Program-made: the position numbers and the translations under genes
Notes under the pieces: generated by a model
What the model saw: the letters and a program-made list of their open reading frames with translations, nothing else
Databases searched by the model: none
What the model was told of the DNA's origin: nothing
In this document: positions 49,208 to 60,148 of the stretch, one piece after another
Position numbering within the stretch: position 1 is the first letter of the stretch
How the letters are laid out: each line of letters opens with the position of its first letter
From: an uncultured Acidobacteriota bacterium
GTDB taxonomy: Bacteria > Acidobacteriota > UBA6911
NCBI GenBank assembly: GCA_963843575.1
Contig: CAWJKZ010000026.1
Location: 32,001-96,000 of the forward strand
Direction: 5' to 3'
Length of the DNA stretch: 64,000 nt

Positions 49208-50381
49208 GGGGCTCGGGCGATACGGTCAGATTTTCGCAGCCGGCAGCCGTTATCAGATAGGTGTTCTCGATGCCCACTCCCCCCCGCTCCGGGAAGAAGA
49301 TCTTGGGCTCGAGCGCGATGACCATCCCCGGCTGCAGTTCGATCTCGAAGCCGGGGGCGAGCACCGGGAGTTCGTCCAGTTCGAGCCCAACCCCGTGGCC
49401 CAGGAAGCGCACCTGGCTGTCGCCGATCCCCATGAAGGCGGCCGCGTAGGGCGTTTCCCGGATGCAGTCCAGGGCATACCGGTAAAGAGCGTCGCACCGC
49501 GTGCCGGGCCGGAGTCTTTCTTCGATCTCTGCCATCAACTCCAGAACGACCGAATGTGCGTCCTCCATGTCGCCCGGCACCTGCCGGAGCGCGTAGGTCC
49601 GGGTCTGGTCGGCGATGTATCCCCCATGTCCGCCCGCCACATCGATCATAAGGGTTTCCCCGGGAGTCAGCGTGCGCCAGCCAGCGCCGGCGGGATTGGC
49701 GGGGCTGATCCCGACATAGCCGACCGGGCCGGGGAAGCACGTCGGGTACGCCGCGCTCGGGCCCGCCGACACCGTGCCAAAGGCAAGCTCGCCGTTGAAT
49801 GCACGCATCCTGGTAAACCCGGGGTGTCCCTGGCAGCGCAGCGACGATTCCACGGAGGCGGCGAGTTCGAGTTCGGTCATCCCGGCGCGCATCCTCGAGC
49901 CGGCCTCGGCCAGGGTCCGGCTCAAGACAAGCGCCGCGTGCCGTATCAGGTCGATTTCGGCCGGGGACTTGATCATCCGGATCCTCCGGATCGCATCGGC
50001 GCCGTCGACGAAGGCGATACCCGGGAAGAGCGCCTGCAGTCTCACAAAATGCCGGGCAGGCAGGACGTCCATCTCGAGAGCGACGCGTCGCAGCCGTCCC
50101 AGCCCCTCGCCCGCAAGGATGTCCGCGACCTTCTTCGGATCCCCCATTGGGACCAACCGGCCCCACGGAGACTCAATCTGCGCGCGTCGCAGGCTCTTTT
50201 GCACGAGGTACACGGGCTCTCCCGCCGCGGGTATGCACAGGAGTCCCGTCTGCACCGTTCCCGAGAAGTAGTACAGGTCGGCGTTCTGATAAATGAACGC
50301 CGCGTCGGTCTCCGTCTGCTGGAGCCATGCCTGCAGGCGGCTGACGCGCTGTTCGACCTCTGGTCTGGAGAGCAAGTCCAT
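49188..50381 (-). CDS. M24 family Xaa-Pro peptidase
   Basis: RMIKSPAEI, GYIADQTRT, GHGVGLELDE, LEPK, GIENT. Confidence 0.88.
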   Translation of the reverse strand: MDLLSRPEVEQRVSRLQAWLQQTETDAAFIYQNADLYYFSGTVQTGLLCIPAAGEPVYLVQKSLRRAQIESPWGRLVPMGDPKKVADILAGEGLGRLRRVALEMDVLPARHFVRLQALFPGIAFVDGADAIRRIRMIKSPAEIDLIRHAALVLSRTLAEAGSRMRAGMTELELAASVESSLRCQGHPGFTRMRAFNGELAFGTVSAGPSAAYPTCFPGPVGYVGISPANPAGAGWRTLTPGETLMIDVAGGHGGYIADQTRTYALRQVPGDMEDAHSVVLELMAEIEERLRPGTRCDALYRYALDCIRETPYAAAFMGIGDSQVRFLGHGVGLELDELPVLAPGFEIELQPGMVIALEPKIFFPERGGVGIENTYLITAAGCENLTVSPEPLIEVAL

Positions 50382-50600
50382 GGGGTGCCTCGAGAAATGG
50401 CCGCCCGGCCTGATCGGGTCGGACCCGAAGTCCCGATAAAGTAACACATCCGGAGGGGCTCATCCATTCCATGCCCTCCGACGCCGCTGTTGAAAATGCA
50501 CACCCGATCGGCTAGCTTCACGATCAGCCGGTCGTGGGCAGGCACGCATCAGGGAGCGCGCGCGGCATGGCTGTACCCCCGGGACCCCAAAAATGATGTC

Positions 50601-50624
50601 AACCTGCCGAGCCCGTGCGGCGTA
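50601..50624 (+). promoter_or_regulatory. Putative ECF autoregulatory promoter
   Basis: TGTC-AAC-N17-CGTA upstream of the second ECF sigma gene. Confidence 0.45.
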
Positions 50625-50672
50625 AAAACAACGCCGAGGTCTCGGCCAGGCCTCTCGCCGCGTGTGGATACG

Positions 50673-51254
50673 ATGACGAACGATATGCCCGACGAGGAGC
50701 TGGTGGAGAGCACGCTCGGAGGAGAGGAGCATGCCTTCTCCCAGCTCTACGAGCGCTATCGGCGACCGGTCTATTCGACGGCGTACCGGATCACCCAGAA
50801 CGCTGCGGATGCCCAGGACGCCACCCAGGAGGTGTTCGTCAAGGTCTACCGCTCCCTGCGGAGTTGGGACCCGGGGAGGGCGAAGTTTTCGACGTGGTTG
50901 TTCCGAATGGCTGCTAACCACGCGATCGATCTCTGGCGCCAGCGTCGCCGCCGTGCGGAGGACCAGATCCCAGAACGGTCCCCCGAGCGCCTGCTGCGCG
51001 AGAACGCCTTGCGGGACGCGATCCGCTCTCCCTATCGGGATGTCGCGGACCAGGAGGCCCTTGCAGAGGTGCGCCGCTGCATCGATGTGCTTCCGGACTT
51101 GCAGAAGAAGGTCTTCGTGCTGAGGTTCTTTCAGGATTTGAAGCTCGAGGAAATTGCGGGGGTCGAGGGCTGCAGTCTCGGGACGGTCAAGACCTCGCTT
51201 TTCCGGGCCACCCAAAGCGTGAGGCGGGCGCTGCGCGCCTCGAAAAAAGCGTGA
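50673..51254 (+). CDS. ECF sigma-70 factor
   Basis: DEELV, DAQDATQEVF, FSTWLFRMAANHAID, LEEIA, GTVKTSLFRA. Confidence 0.92.
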   Translation: MTNDMPDEELVESTLGGEEHAFSQLYERYRRPVYSTAYRITQNAADAQDATQEVFVKVYRSLRSWDPGRAKFSTWLFRMAANHAIDLWRQRRRRAEDQIPERSPERLLRENALRDAIRSPYRDVADQEALAEVRRCIDVLPDLQKKVFVLRFFQDLKLEEIAGVEGCSLGTVKTSLFRATQSVRRALRASKKA

Positions 51255-51706
51255 TGAAACGGGACGAACGCCACTACACGGAAGAAGAGTTGCTGCTTCA
51301 CCTGCTCGGAGAAGACGTGCCGGAACGTTCAGGGGAAACGGCGCGCCACCTGCAGCACTGCTCGGAGTGTGCCGCCGTGTTCGGGGACTATGCGGTTGTG
51401 CGCGAAAAGATCCAGAAATGGCCGGTGCCGGAGCCCTCGGAAGCGTGGTGGCGCGAAAGCCAGGCGCGGCTGTTGCAGAAGTTCCGTGAAGACGGCCAGT
51501 GGCTGCGGCGCAGGGGACTGTTCGGCACGCTCTCCCGGTTTTTCAAGCCGGTGTGGGACTACGCCCTCGAAAACCCGCTCCCCACCATGGGCTACGTCGC
51601 GGCTGCCCTCGCGTTCGCCTCGGAGCGGACGATCACGGTTTTTCGTCTCGACCACTTGCTGCCGAAAACAAACGAGATGCTGGAAATCCTCAGGCAGGTA
51701 CTCTAA
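51251..51706 (+). CDS. Putative zinc-binding anti-sigma factor
   Basis: HYTEEEL...HLQHCSEC; GTGA overlap with the sigma gene. Confidence 0.7.
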   Translation: MMKRDERHYTEEELLLHLLGEDVPERSGETARHLQHCSECAAVFGDYAVVREKIQKWPVPEPSEAWWRESQARLLQKFREDGQWLRRRGLFGTLSRFFKPVWDYALENPLPTMGYVAAALAFASERTITVFRLDHLLPKTNEMLEILRQVL

Positions 51707-51718
51707 GGCTGAAACGGC

Positions 51719-52915
51719 ATGGCTAACGAAAAGAGATTGGGTTTTGGCGAGTTCCTGGCCGATATCTACGGAGTCATCGTCGCGCCGCGCGGGCGGTTCA
51801 GGTTGATTCACGAGCGGGACGCGGCGTGGGGCTCGCTGGTTCTCCTGATCGTACCGGCGTATTTCGGGATGGCCTTCGCCAGCGCCATCTTTTTCAAGCG
51901 GGATCCTTTCCCGGGGTACTCCTTTCTCCTCCCCGCTGTCCTCGCCACGGGATTGACGCTTCTGAAAATACTGTCCGTGCACGTCCTGGCGCGGCTGTTC
52001 GAGAGTCGCGGGCAGCGCGGCGCAACCGGCGGAAGTTTTCGGGACCTGATCGTGGTCTTCGGCTACACGGGAGTGCCAGCCCTCGGCGCGATCGTGTGCG
52101 CCTCGGCCGCGTTCCTGTTTGCGCCGGGACAGCTGGGCTACTTCGTCCATTCCTTGCGGGTCGTGGCCATCAGTCTCCTGGTCGCGACCGGAATCGCCCT
52201 GTTTGTCTGGAACCTGATCCTCATGGTCCTCGCGCTCAGGGTCGTCTATGCGATCGGGGACATCAAAATTCTCGCCTCGGTCTTTATCGGCCCGCTGCTG
52301 GTTGGGGCGCTGCCGGGACTTGCGGCCCACACCATTTTCACCGAAGGGAAGATCGAGATCGCCTGCCTGCGGCCGGTTCTCTCGGACCGAATTATCAGGT
52401 TCGCGACCGCCGATCTAGCGGGCGATAGCGGCCATGACGCGAAGGTCAAGGTGCACATCGATCTTCTCGGATACAGGTGGCGTGCCCCGGAACGATTCGA
52501 CCTGGTGATCTTCGAACCGGCAGGGCCTGCTGCGGCGAAGCCGGCCGGCGAGCCAGGAGCCTGGCAGGTTATCTTCGGCAGGCGCCCCGACCAACTCCTG
52601 TTCGGACGCATCGTGGGAGTTCCCGGCGATACCGTGGGGGTGGTTGACGGGAAACTGCGAATCAATGGTCAGGTTTGGGCGGAGCCGTACGTTACTCCGG
52701 AGTTCCAGTCGGCCGTTTCGGTGGCCGACACCCGCCTTGCACCGTCCGATTACCTGATCCTTCCGGAGGACCGGAGGATGGTGGATGCACGCCGGGGAGA
52801 CCTGGTCGTTCCCCGTGCGCGCGTTTACGGCCGGGCTATGATCAGAAGATGGCCGCTCGGCTGGTGGTGGTTCCGACCTTCTGTTTTCCGCGAACCGTAC
52901 CCCGTCTCGGAGTAG
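51719..52915 (+). CDS. Yip1-like multi-TM domain fused to a degenerate signal peptidase I (S26) domain
   Basis: GVIVAPRGRF plus ~5 TM; then PERFDLVIF, GRIVGVPGDTV, INGQVWAEPY, YGRAMIRRWPL. Confidence 0.7.
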   Translation: MANEKRLGFGEFLADIYGVIVAPRGRFRLIHERDAAWGSLVLLIVPAYFGMAFASAIFFKRDPFPGYSFLLPAVLATGLTLLKILSVHVLARLFESRGQRGATGGSFRDLIVVFGYTGVPALGAIVCASAAFLFAPGQLGYFVHSLRVVAISLLVATGIALFVWNLILMVLALRVVYAIGDIKILASVFIGPLLVGALPGLAAHTIFTEGKIEIACLRPVLSDRIIRFATADLAGDSGHDAKVKVHIDLLGYRWRAPERFDLVIFEPAGPAAAKPAGEPGAWQVIFGRRPDQLLFGRIVGVPGDTVGVVDGKLRINGQVWAEPYVTPEFQSAVSVADTRLAPSDYLILPEDRRMVDARRGDLVVPRARVYGRAMIRRWPLGWWWFRPSVFREPYPVSE

Positions 52916-52956
52916 GTGCTGATACTCCCGGAGTTCGCACGCGAGGCCGGCCCGGC

Positions 52957-53409
52957 TCACACGTAGAGGTCCGGCGGCTTGATCCCCATCAGCCTGAGGT
53001 AGACATACAGCTGGCCGCGGTGGTGAATTTCGTTTTCCGCCACGTCGCGCGCCATGGAGGAGATCGTCTGTTCGATCCCGAACGGTTTCACGACCAGGTC
53101 GAACCCGTCGTCTGGGAATGCAGCCAGCTGCGCGCTGAGCGTGCCGTAAATGGCGTCGAACGCCCCGACGATCTCGCCGGTGTTCTGAAACGAGCCCGCG
53201 ATGATGAACGATTCCAGGCTCCACCGGTTTTCCCCCAGGCCGGCCGCCAGAAAACGATAGTTCCCCGCGATGTGGAGGGCCAGTTCTCGCGCACTCATCA
53301 TTTCGGGCACCGGGCGGAAATCGAGGCGGTCGTCGGGAATTGCCTGCAGCGCGCGGCGTGTGGCACGAAACCTGTTTTCCGTGATCTGAATGAAGGTTGC
53401 GGTGTCCAT
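52957..53409 (-). CDS. DinB/YfiT family protein
   Basis: DFRPVPEMMSARELALHIA, EIHHRGQLYVYLRLMG. Confidence 0.88.
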   Translation of the reverse strand: MDTATFIQITENRFRATRRALQAIPDDRLDFRPVPEMMSARELALHIAGNYRFLAAGLGENRWSLESFIIAGSFQNTGEIVGAFDAIYGTLSAQLAAFPDDGFDLVVKPFGIEQTISSMARDVAENEIHHRGQLYVYLRLMGIKPPDLYV

Positions 53410-53591
53410 GGAAGCCTCCGGCTGTGGCTATACTACACCAAAGACCGGGGGTCTCCTCCGGGACAGGATCGAGATTCGGCGGCCGGGAGGCGCAAGGCGG
53501 GGCGCGCGGGTGCGGATCACGGCGGAGGATCGCATTCCGTGCAATTCGCGACCGAGTTCCATAAAATAGGAAATCCGGGAGGCACAACCTG

Positions 53592-55121
53592 ATGACGCTG
53601 GAATCCATCTTCACGAGGCAGCTTCCGGAGGGCGAGCCGGAGCTAGACCGTTTGGCCGAGGAACTGGGGCGGCTCGCGGAGTTGACCGTTTACCCGCGGT
53701 CGATCGTCCCGACAGGCGCCGGTGCCGTGTTCATGGGACGGCGAGGAGTCGACAAGCGCCTGGGGCTGGTTTTCACGGCTGACTCGGGCGGCGGGTTCGC
53801 GGGGAGTTCGAAACGCTTGATTGTGTCGGGCAGAGAGGTGTTGCTCATGGTGTGTCCGACCACGGCCGGAAACGCCGCCGCGGCGCGCACCCTGCTGCCG
53901 TTTCTTGTCCCGCGGACGCTCGGGTTGTGCAAGTCCGCGGGTTGCGGTGACAGGCTCGGGCTGGCCACCCCGGGGCACGTGCAGGCGCTCCGGGAGACTG
54001 GGATCGCCGCGATTCTCGCCCAGCAGTCGGTGCGCGAGAACGCCAGGACGGGCCGGACCCCGCAAGAGGTCATGGACGACGCGCTGTGGGGCGTGCTCCA
54101 AGAGGGTTGGCGTGCCGGGTTTGGCGCCGATGCCGACCACCTCAAGGAGGAGGCCGACATCGATTCCTTTGCAGCCGCCGGTTACACGTTCTTTACCTTC
54201 GATCCGGGCGAATACGTCGCCCCCGCCGCGGATTCCGTTGCCCCCTCGGGCCTTTCCCGGATGGTCGACGATCTCCCGTGGGATGTCCTCGAGAGTTCGC
54301 CGTCCGACCTGAAACGGGCCCTGCTCGACCGCCCGGTCGAGCTCGACGGCTTCCGAATCGTCCTCTCGGAGTTGGAGCTGCTGCGGGCCGCCGGAAAGTA
54401 CGGGCGCGCCGTCGCTCGCACCGCCACGCTCTATCGGCACCTGTTGGCAGCCGCGCGGCAGCCCTTCGAGGTGGAGATGAGCGTGGACGAGACCGAAAGC
54501 GTGACCACCCCCGCGGAGCACCTTTACATCGCACACGAACTCCGCAGGCTCCGGGTGCGCTGGGTCAGCCTGGCTCCGCGGTATGTCGGCCGATTCGAGA
54601 AGGGTGTGGACTACATCGGCGACGCCGGGGAGTTCGAAACTTCCTTCGGCCGCCACCTGGCCATCGCGCGGGCGTTCGGTCCCTACAAACTGAGCCTGCA
54701 CTCGGGGTCGGACAAGTTTGCCATCTACCCGATCGCCGCTCGGCTGGCGGGTGAACTCGTACATCTCAAGACGGCCGGGACGAGTTACCTCGAGGCCTTG
54801 CGCGCCATCGCCGCCGAGGCCCCGGCGCTGTTCCGGGAGATCGTCCGGTTCGCGGTGATGCGGTACCCGGTCGACCGTGCCTCCTATCACGTTTCGGCGG
54901 AAGCCGGGCGTGTCCCCGAGGTGGAGGGCTGGCCGGACGCTCGGCTCCCCGGGCTGCTCGATCAGTTCGATGCGCGCCAAGTCCTGCACGTGACGTTCGG
55001 ATCCGTCATTCGGGAACCCATGTTTCGAGAACGATTCTTCGCGATCCTGCGCGAGCGCGAGGGGACGTATTACGAGATGCTGCGCGTGCATTTCCGGAAG
55101 CACCTGGACCCGTTCAAGTGA
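53592..55121 (+). CDS. uxaE: Tagaturonate/fructuronate epimerase
   Basis: GDRLGLATPGH, AQQSVRE, FGADADHLK, SVDET, FEKGVDY, SLHSGSDKF, HLKTAGTSYLEA, LHVTFGS. Confidence 0.9.
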   Translation: MTLESIFTRQLPEGEPELDRLAEELGRLAELTVYPRSIVPTGAGAVFMGRRGVDKRLGLVFTADSGGGFAGSSKRLIVSGREVLLMVCPTTAGNAAAARTLLPFLVPRTLGLCKSAGCGDRLGLATPGHVQALRETGIAAILAQQSVRENARTGRTPQEVMDDALWGVLQEGWRAGFGADADHLKEEADIDSFAAAGYTFFTFDPGEYVAPAADSVAPSGLSRMVDDLPWDVLESSPSDLKRALLDRPVELDGFRIVLSELELLRAAGKYGRAVARTATLYRHLLAAARQPFEVEMSVDETESVTTPAEHLYIAHELRRLRVRWVSLAPRYVGRFEKGVDYIGDAGEFETSFGRHLAIARAFGPYKLSLHSGSDKFAIYPIAARLAGELVHLKTAGTSYLEALRAIAAEAPALFREIVRFAVMRYPVDRASYHVSAEAGRVPEVEGWPDARLPGLLDQFDARQVLHVTFGSVIREPMFRERFFAILREREGTYYEMLRVHFRKHLDPFK

Positions 55122-55165
55122 AACGCGCGCCGCCGGCTTGGCGGCGCTCATCTCGGGAGAAGTTC

Positions 55166-55998
55166 ATGGATCTTGCGGAACTCACCAAAATGTACGATTT
55201 CACCGGCAAATCGGTCGTGATTACCGGGGGCGCCGGTATCCTGGGGGAGAGATCTCCTGCGCGATGGTGGGATGTGGGGCCAGCGTCGCCCTGCTGGACC
55301 GGGACCCTTCCCTGGCCGATCGCCTGATCCACCGATTCGAGACCTCCGTCGGGAAGGCGATCGTGGTCTACGCCGACGTGCTCAAGCCGGAGAGCCTGCA
55401 CCAGGCGTGCGATCTCGTCCTGCAGTCGTTCGGGCGCGTCGATTGCCTGATCAACGCGGCAGGCGGCAACAAGGCCGAGGCGACGACCAGCGAGACCCGG
55501 TCGTTTTTCGACATCCCGGAGGACGCGCTCCGTTTTGTCTTCGAGCTGAACGTTCTTGGGACGATCCTCCCTTGCCGCATATTCGCACGCAAGATGGCGG
55601 ACCAGGGCGAAGGCGTGATCCTGAACATATCGTCGATGAATGCGTTCCGGCCGCTGACCCGGGTGCTCGGTTACTCGGCCGCGAAGGCGGGGGTGAGCAA
55701 CTTCACGCAGTGGCTGGCCGTTCACCTGGCGCAGGAATATTCGCCGCGATTACGCGTTAACGCCATCGCCCCGGGGTTCTTCCTGACCGACCAGAACCGG
55801 TTCCTGCTCACCGATCGGGAAACCGGCAGCCTGACGGCGCGCGGCCAGAGTATTCTCACCCACACGCCCATGGCGAGGTTCGGCGTGCCCGAAGACCTGC
55901 TTGGCACGGTGCTGTGGCTGTTGTCGCCGGCTTCGGCTTTCGTCACAGGGATCGTCGTGCCCGTGGACGGTGGGTTTTCGGCGTTTTCGGGAGTGTAG
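55166..55998 (+). CDS. uxuB: SDR fructuronate/D-mannonate oxidoreductase (frameshift near 55245)
   Basis: ITGGAGILG / LINAAGGN, NISSMNAFRPLTRVLGYSAAK, PGFFLTDQNR, GGFSAFSGV. Confidence 0.8.
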
Positions 55999-56031
55999 TC
56001 GGCGGAGTTTTGACACGCAGGAGGTGCGGTT

Positions 56032-57309
56032 ATGGCGGCTGGGGTGGGGTATGTCGATCGTTTGATGACAGAGGGGGAAGCGCGCGCGGTGGTCGCCTCG
56101 ACCATTTCGGGCGCTGGGCTCGAGGGGAAGAAAGTCCTGGTGATCATCCCGGACGCGACCCGCACGGCACCGATCCCGATGATGTTCCGGATCTTCGCGG
56201 ACGAGATCGCGCCCAGGGCGGCCCGCCTCGACTACCTCGTCGCGCTTGGAACGCACCAGCCGTTGAGCGAGGACGCCATCAACCGTCTCGTGGGCGTAAC
56301 CGCGGAGGAGCGGGGAGGGCGATTCAAGGCAACGCGGGTTTTCAACCACCGCTGGGATCTGCCCGAAACATGCGCGAAGGTCGGCACGATTTCGGCCGCC
56401 GAAATCGAAGCGATCACGGGCGGACTGATGAGCCAGTCCGTCGACGTCCGGCTCAACAGGCTCGTGTTCGACTACGACCGCATCGTCATCTGCGGCCCCA
56501 CGTTCCCGCACGAGGTGGTCGGGTTCTCCGGCGGCAACAAGTACTTCTTCCCCGGCATCGGCGGGGCCGAGGTGATCAACTTCTCCCACTGGCTCGGCGC
56601 CGTGATCACCAGTTACAGCGTGATAGGCACGAAGTACACGCCCGTCCGGCGGGTGATCGACAGGGCCGCTTCCTTTATCGACCGGCAGAAGCTCTGTTTC
56701 GCGATGGTGGTTAAGGGCGCCGGTCTCGCCGGTCTTTTCGCCGGGTCGCCGGAGGAGGCATACGATGCCGCCGCCGACCTGTCGAGCCAAATCCACATCC
56801 AATGGGTGGAGAAGCCCTTCAGGCGCGTGCTGTCGGTGATGCCGAAGATGTACGACGACATCTGGACCGCGGCAAAAGGGATGTACAAGCTTGAGCCTGC
56901 GATCGCCGAGGGGGGTGAAGTCGTCGTCTATGCACCGCACATTGACGAGATCAGCTACACTCACGGGCGACTGATCGACGAGGTCGGGTATCACGTCCGG
57001 GACTATTTCCTCAAACAGTGGGACAGGTTCAAGGGCTACCCCGGCGGCGTGCTGGCGCACAGCACGCACCTGCGCGGCATAGGGGAATACGACGCGGCGA
57101 CGGGGATCGAGTCGCCCCGCATCAAGGTGACCCTGGCGACGCGCATCTCGGAGGAACGCTGCCGCCGGGTGAACCTCGGCTACATGAACCCGGATGACAT
57201 TCGGCTGGACGATTGGCGCGGCCGCGAGGCGGAAGGGATCGTGCTGGTGCCCAAAGCCGGCGAGATGCTTTACCGCCTCAAACCCGCAAGCGCGCGGGCA
57301 GGAACCTGA
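56032..57309 (+). CDS. LarA-family (nickel-pincer) 2-hydroxyacid epimerase, GntE-like
   Basis: IPDATR, ALGTH, NHRW, FPHEVVGFSGGNKYFFPG; directly follows uxaE-uxuB. Confidence 0.82.
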   Translation: MAAGVGYVDRLMTEGEARAVVASTISGAGLEGKKVLVIIPDATRTAPIPMMFRIFADEIAPRAARLDYLVALGTHQPLSEDAINRLVGVTAEERGGRFKATRVFNHRWDLPETCAKVGTISAAEIEAITGGLMSQSVDVRLNRLVFDYDRIVICGPTFPHEVVGFSGGNKYFFPGIGGAEVINFSHWLGAVITSYSVIGTKYTPVRRVIDRAASFIDRQKLCFAMVVKGAGLAGLFAGSPEEAYDAAADLSSQIHIQWVEKPFRRVLSVMPKMYDDIWTAAKGMYKLEPAIAEGGEVVVYAPHIDEISYTHGRLIDEVGYHVRDYFLKQWDRFKGYPGGVLAHSTHLRGIGEYDAATGIESPRIKVTLATRISEERCRRVNLGYMNPDDIRLDDWRGREAEGIVLVPKAGEMLYRLKPASARAGT

Positions 57310-57319
57310 CGGATCGACT

Positions 57320-58909
57320 ATGAGCGAAGAGCTGTTCCCGATTCTGTCCCCCGGCCGGGGAACGCGGCGTCGAGGTGAGAGGCAGCGCGCGCCTTGCGGA
57401 TGTCGGCATCGTCCTCCGCCCGGGGGACGATGTGGCGGTCGCCCGAAAAGACCTTGCCCGCGGGCTCGAAATCACCACGTCCGCAATCCGCATTTCTCCT
57501 GGGCGAGGGCATCCCCATGGGGCACAAGTTCGCGCTGCGCCCGATCGCAAAAGGTTCCCCGGTGCTCAAGTACGCGCAGCCCATCGGCGTGGCGTTGGGC
57601 GACATCCGGCAAGGCGATTGGGTTCACGTGCACAACGTCGGGCTGGCGCACGAGGTCGGCGATCGCACTACGGGTCTGGAGCACCCGCAACCTCCGCCTT
57701 TGCCCGACGATTTGCCGCGTTCGTTCATGGGTTACCGCAGGGCCGACGGTCGCGTGGGCACCCGCAACTACGTCCTGGTGGTCCCGACCAGCAATTGTTC
57801 CAGCCACGTCTGCAGTGCGATCGCAGAGGCCTTCAGGGAGAGTCGCTGCGCAGGGGTGGACGGCGTCGTGGCGCTCCCGCACCACGACGGCTGCGGTCAC
57901 CACGACGGTCCCGATGTCGCACAGCTCGAACGCACGCTCAAGGGCATGGCGCGGCACCCGAACGTCGCCGCTGTACTGTTCGTCGGGCTGGGCTGCGAGA
58001 TTAACAACCTCGACCGCTATACCCAGCTGTCGCTCGCCACCGCGGGGCGTCGCCCCGTGGCGACACTCGAAATCCAGGCGGCGGGCGGGACCCTGAAGAC
58101 GATAGAGGCGGGGACGCGCTGCGTCCGCGAACTGCTGGACGAGGCGACGCGCTGTGCGAGCGCACGACGGAACCGGTTTCGGAACTGATCCTCGGTCTGA
58201 ACTGCGGCGGGTCAGACGCGTTTTCCGGCGTATCGGCCAACCCCGCGCTGGGCTATGCGAGCGACCTCGTCGTCGCCGCGGGTGGTGCGGCGGTGCTGGC
58301 CGAGACTCCCGAAATCTTCGGCGCCGAACACCTCCTGGCCCGGCGCGCGGTCAATGTCCCGACCGCGGAACGCCTTCTGTTCATCATACGGAGATACCAG
58401 GAGTACGTGGCCCGGTTCGGAGCGACACTGGACAGCAATCCCGCTCCCGGGAACCTGCGCGGCGGCATCACCAACATCGTCGAGAAATCGCTGGGTGCCG
58501 TCATGAAGGGGGGCACGACGATGCTGGCCGGTGTGGTGGACTACGCGGAATCGGTGACTGGCAAGGGCCTGATCGTCATGGACACGCCTGGCTACGATCC
58601 GGTCTCCATCACCGGGATCGCCGCCGGAGGCTGCAGCCTCATCGCCTTCACGACGGGGCGCGGTTCGGCTATCGGGTTTCCGATCGTTCCCGTCCTCAAA
58701 ATAGCTACCAACAGCCGCATGCACCGCACGATGGTCGATAACATGGACATCAACGCTGGAGAAATCCTCGACGGTCTCGGCCTCGGTCCGATGACAAAGG
58801 GATAGAAATCTTCCGTCACATCGTGAGGGTCGCATCCGGGGAGCGGACCAAGAGCGAACTGCTCGGGCACAAGGAGTTCGTGCCATGGCGCATCGGCCCG
58901 GTGATGTAA
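57320..58909 (+). CDS. uxaA: UxaA/GarD-family (altronate) dehydratase, several frameshifts
   Basis: [74 protein letters not shown]. Confidence 0.85.
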
Positions 58910-58911
58910 TG

Positions 58912-58935
58912 TGGAGTGCGGCGCCTCGGCGCCGC
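58912..58935 (+). repeat. REP-like palindrome
   Basis: TGGAGTGCGGCGCCTCGGCGCCGC; related copies at 61417-61443 (+) and 61546-61572 (-). Confidence 0.65.
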
Positions 58936-58955
58936 CCTTTTGGCTGCGACGACGT

Positions 58956-59998
58956 TCAATTGCCACCGAGGGAGACGGTGCGGCCGCCGTCGCGCGCCGA
59001 ACGATAGAGCGCCAGGACAAGTTCCAGCGAGGCACGGCCCTGCAGCCCGTCCACGTAAGGGGGCCGGTCCTCGCGTATCGCCGCCGCAAAATCCTCCATG
59101 ATCCTCCGGTGGCCTTCCCAGCTGATTGCCATCGCGTTTCCCGATCCGTCTGAGATGTCTGCCGTGGCCGGCGACGGGTTGGGGGACTGGTCGCGCAACG
59201 CCCACGTGGAGATGTTGTCGCCGTCCACCGTGATCGTGCCCTCGCTGCCCGTAAGTTCAAGACGGCGCTTGAAACCCGGGTAGATCGACGTCGCCGCCTC
59301 GATGACGCCGAGCGCGCCGCTGCGAAAGCGAAGTGCCGCGACCAGCGTGTCTTCTCCCTCGATCTGCGCGTGGATACGCCTGGCCGAGAAGGCAGTCGCC
59401 TCCGCGACCGGCCCCATCATCCAGAGCAGCAGGTCCACCGTGTGAATGGACTGGTTGATCAATGCGCCGCCCCCGTCCAGTGCGATGCGTGCCGCGCCAG
59501 GGCGCGGAAGCGTAGTACTCGGCGGTGCGGTGCCACTTGACGTACGCGCTCCCCATGACAGGGCGGCCCAGACGGCCCCGTGCGACGGCCGAATGGACCT
59601 CCCGGGTCGCATCGAGGAAACGGGACTGGAATGACACGCCGAGTTTCACCCCGGCCGCCGGCAGGCGGAGATCAGGGCGTCGGCGTTTTCCAGCGCGACG
59701 TCCACGGGTTTTTCAACCAGGACGTGCTTTGCCCCTGAGCGCCACACGGCACCCGATCTCGCCGTGCGTGCCGCTGGGGTGCAAATGGAGACGGCATGCA
59801 GCGCCGGGTCGGCCAGGAAGGCCTCCAGGTCGGTACTGCAAGGAACACCGAACTCGCCGCCCAGGCTCCTGGACGATTCCGGCGAGCGCGAACACACCGA
59901 AACCAGTCGCAGGGAAGGGACTCCTCCGGATGGCCTCCGCGTGGATCCTGGCGACGTTCCCGCACCCTACTGATCCCGATACCGACGGCATCGTTCAT
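58956..59998 (-). CDS. Gfo/Idh/MocA oxidoreductase, several frameshifts
   Basis: [44 protein letters not shown]. Confidence 0.82.
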
Positions 59999-60148
59999 CG
60001 CGCGCTCCCTGCCTTTTTCGCCGCGAGTCCACCGCGGTGCGACGTGCCCTTATAGCATACCTGCGGTGGCTTCGCGGGCGGTTGAAAATTGCATCCGGCG
60101 GCGTGCACCCGGCGTCTGTTATCATCTCCGGAACAAGGGAGGAAGCTC

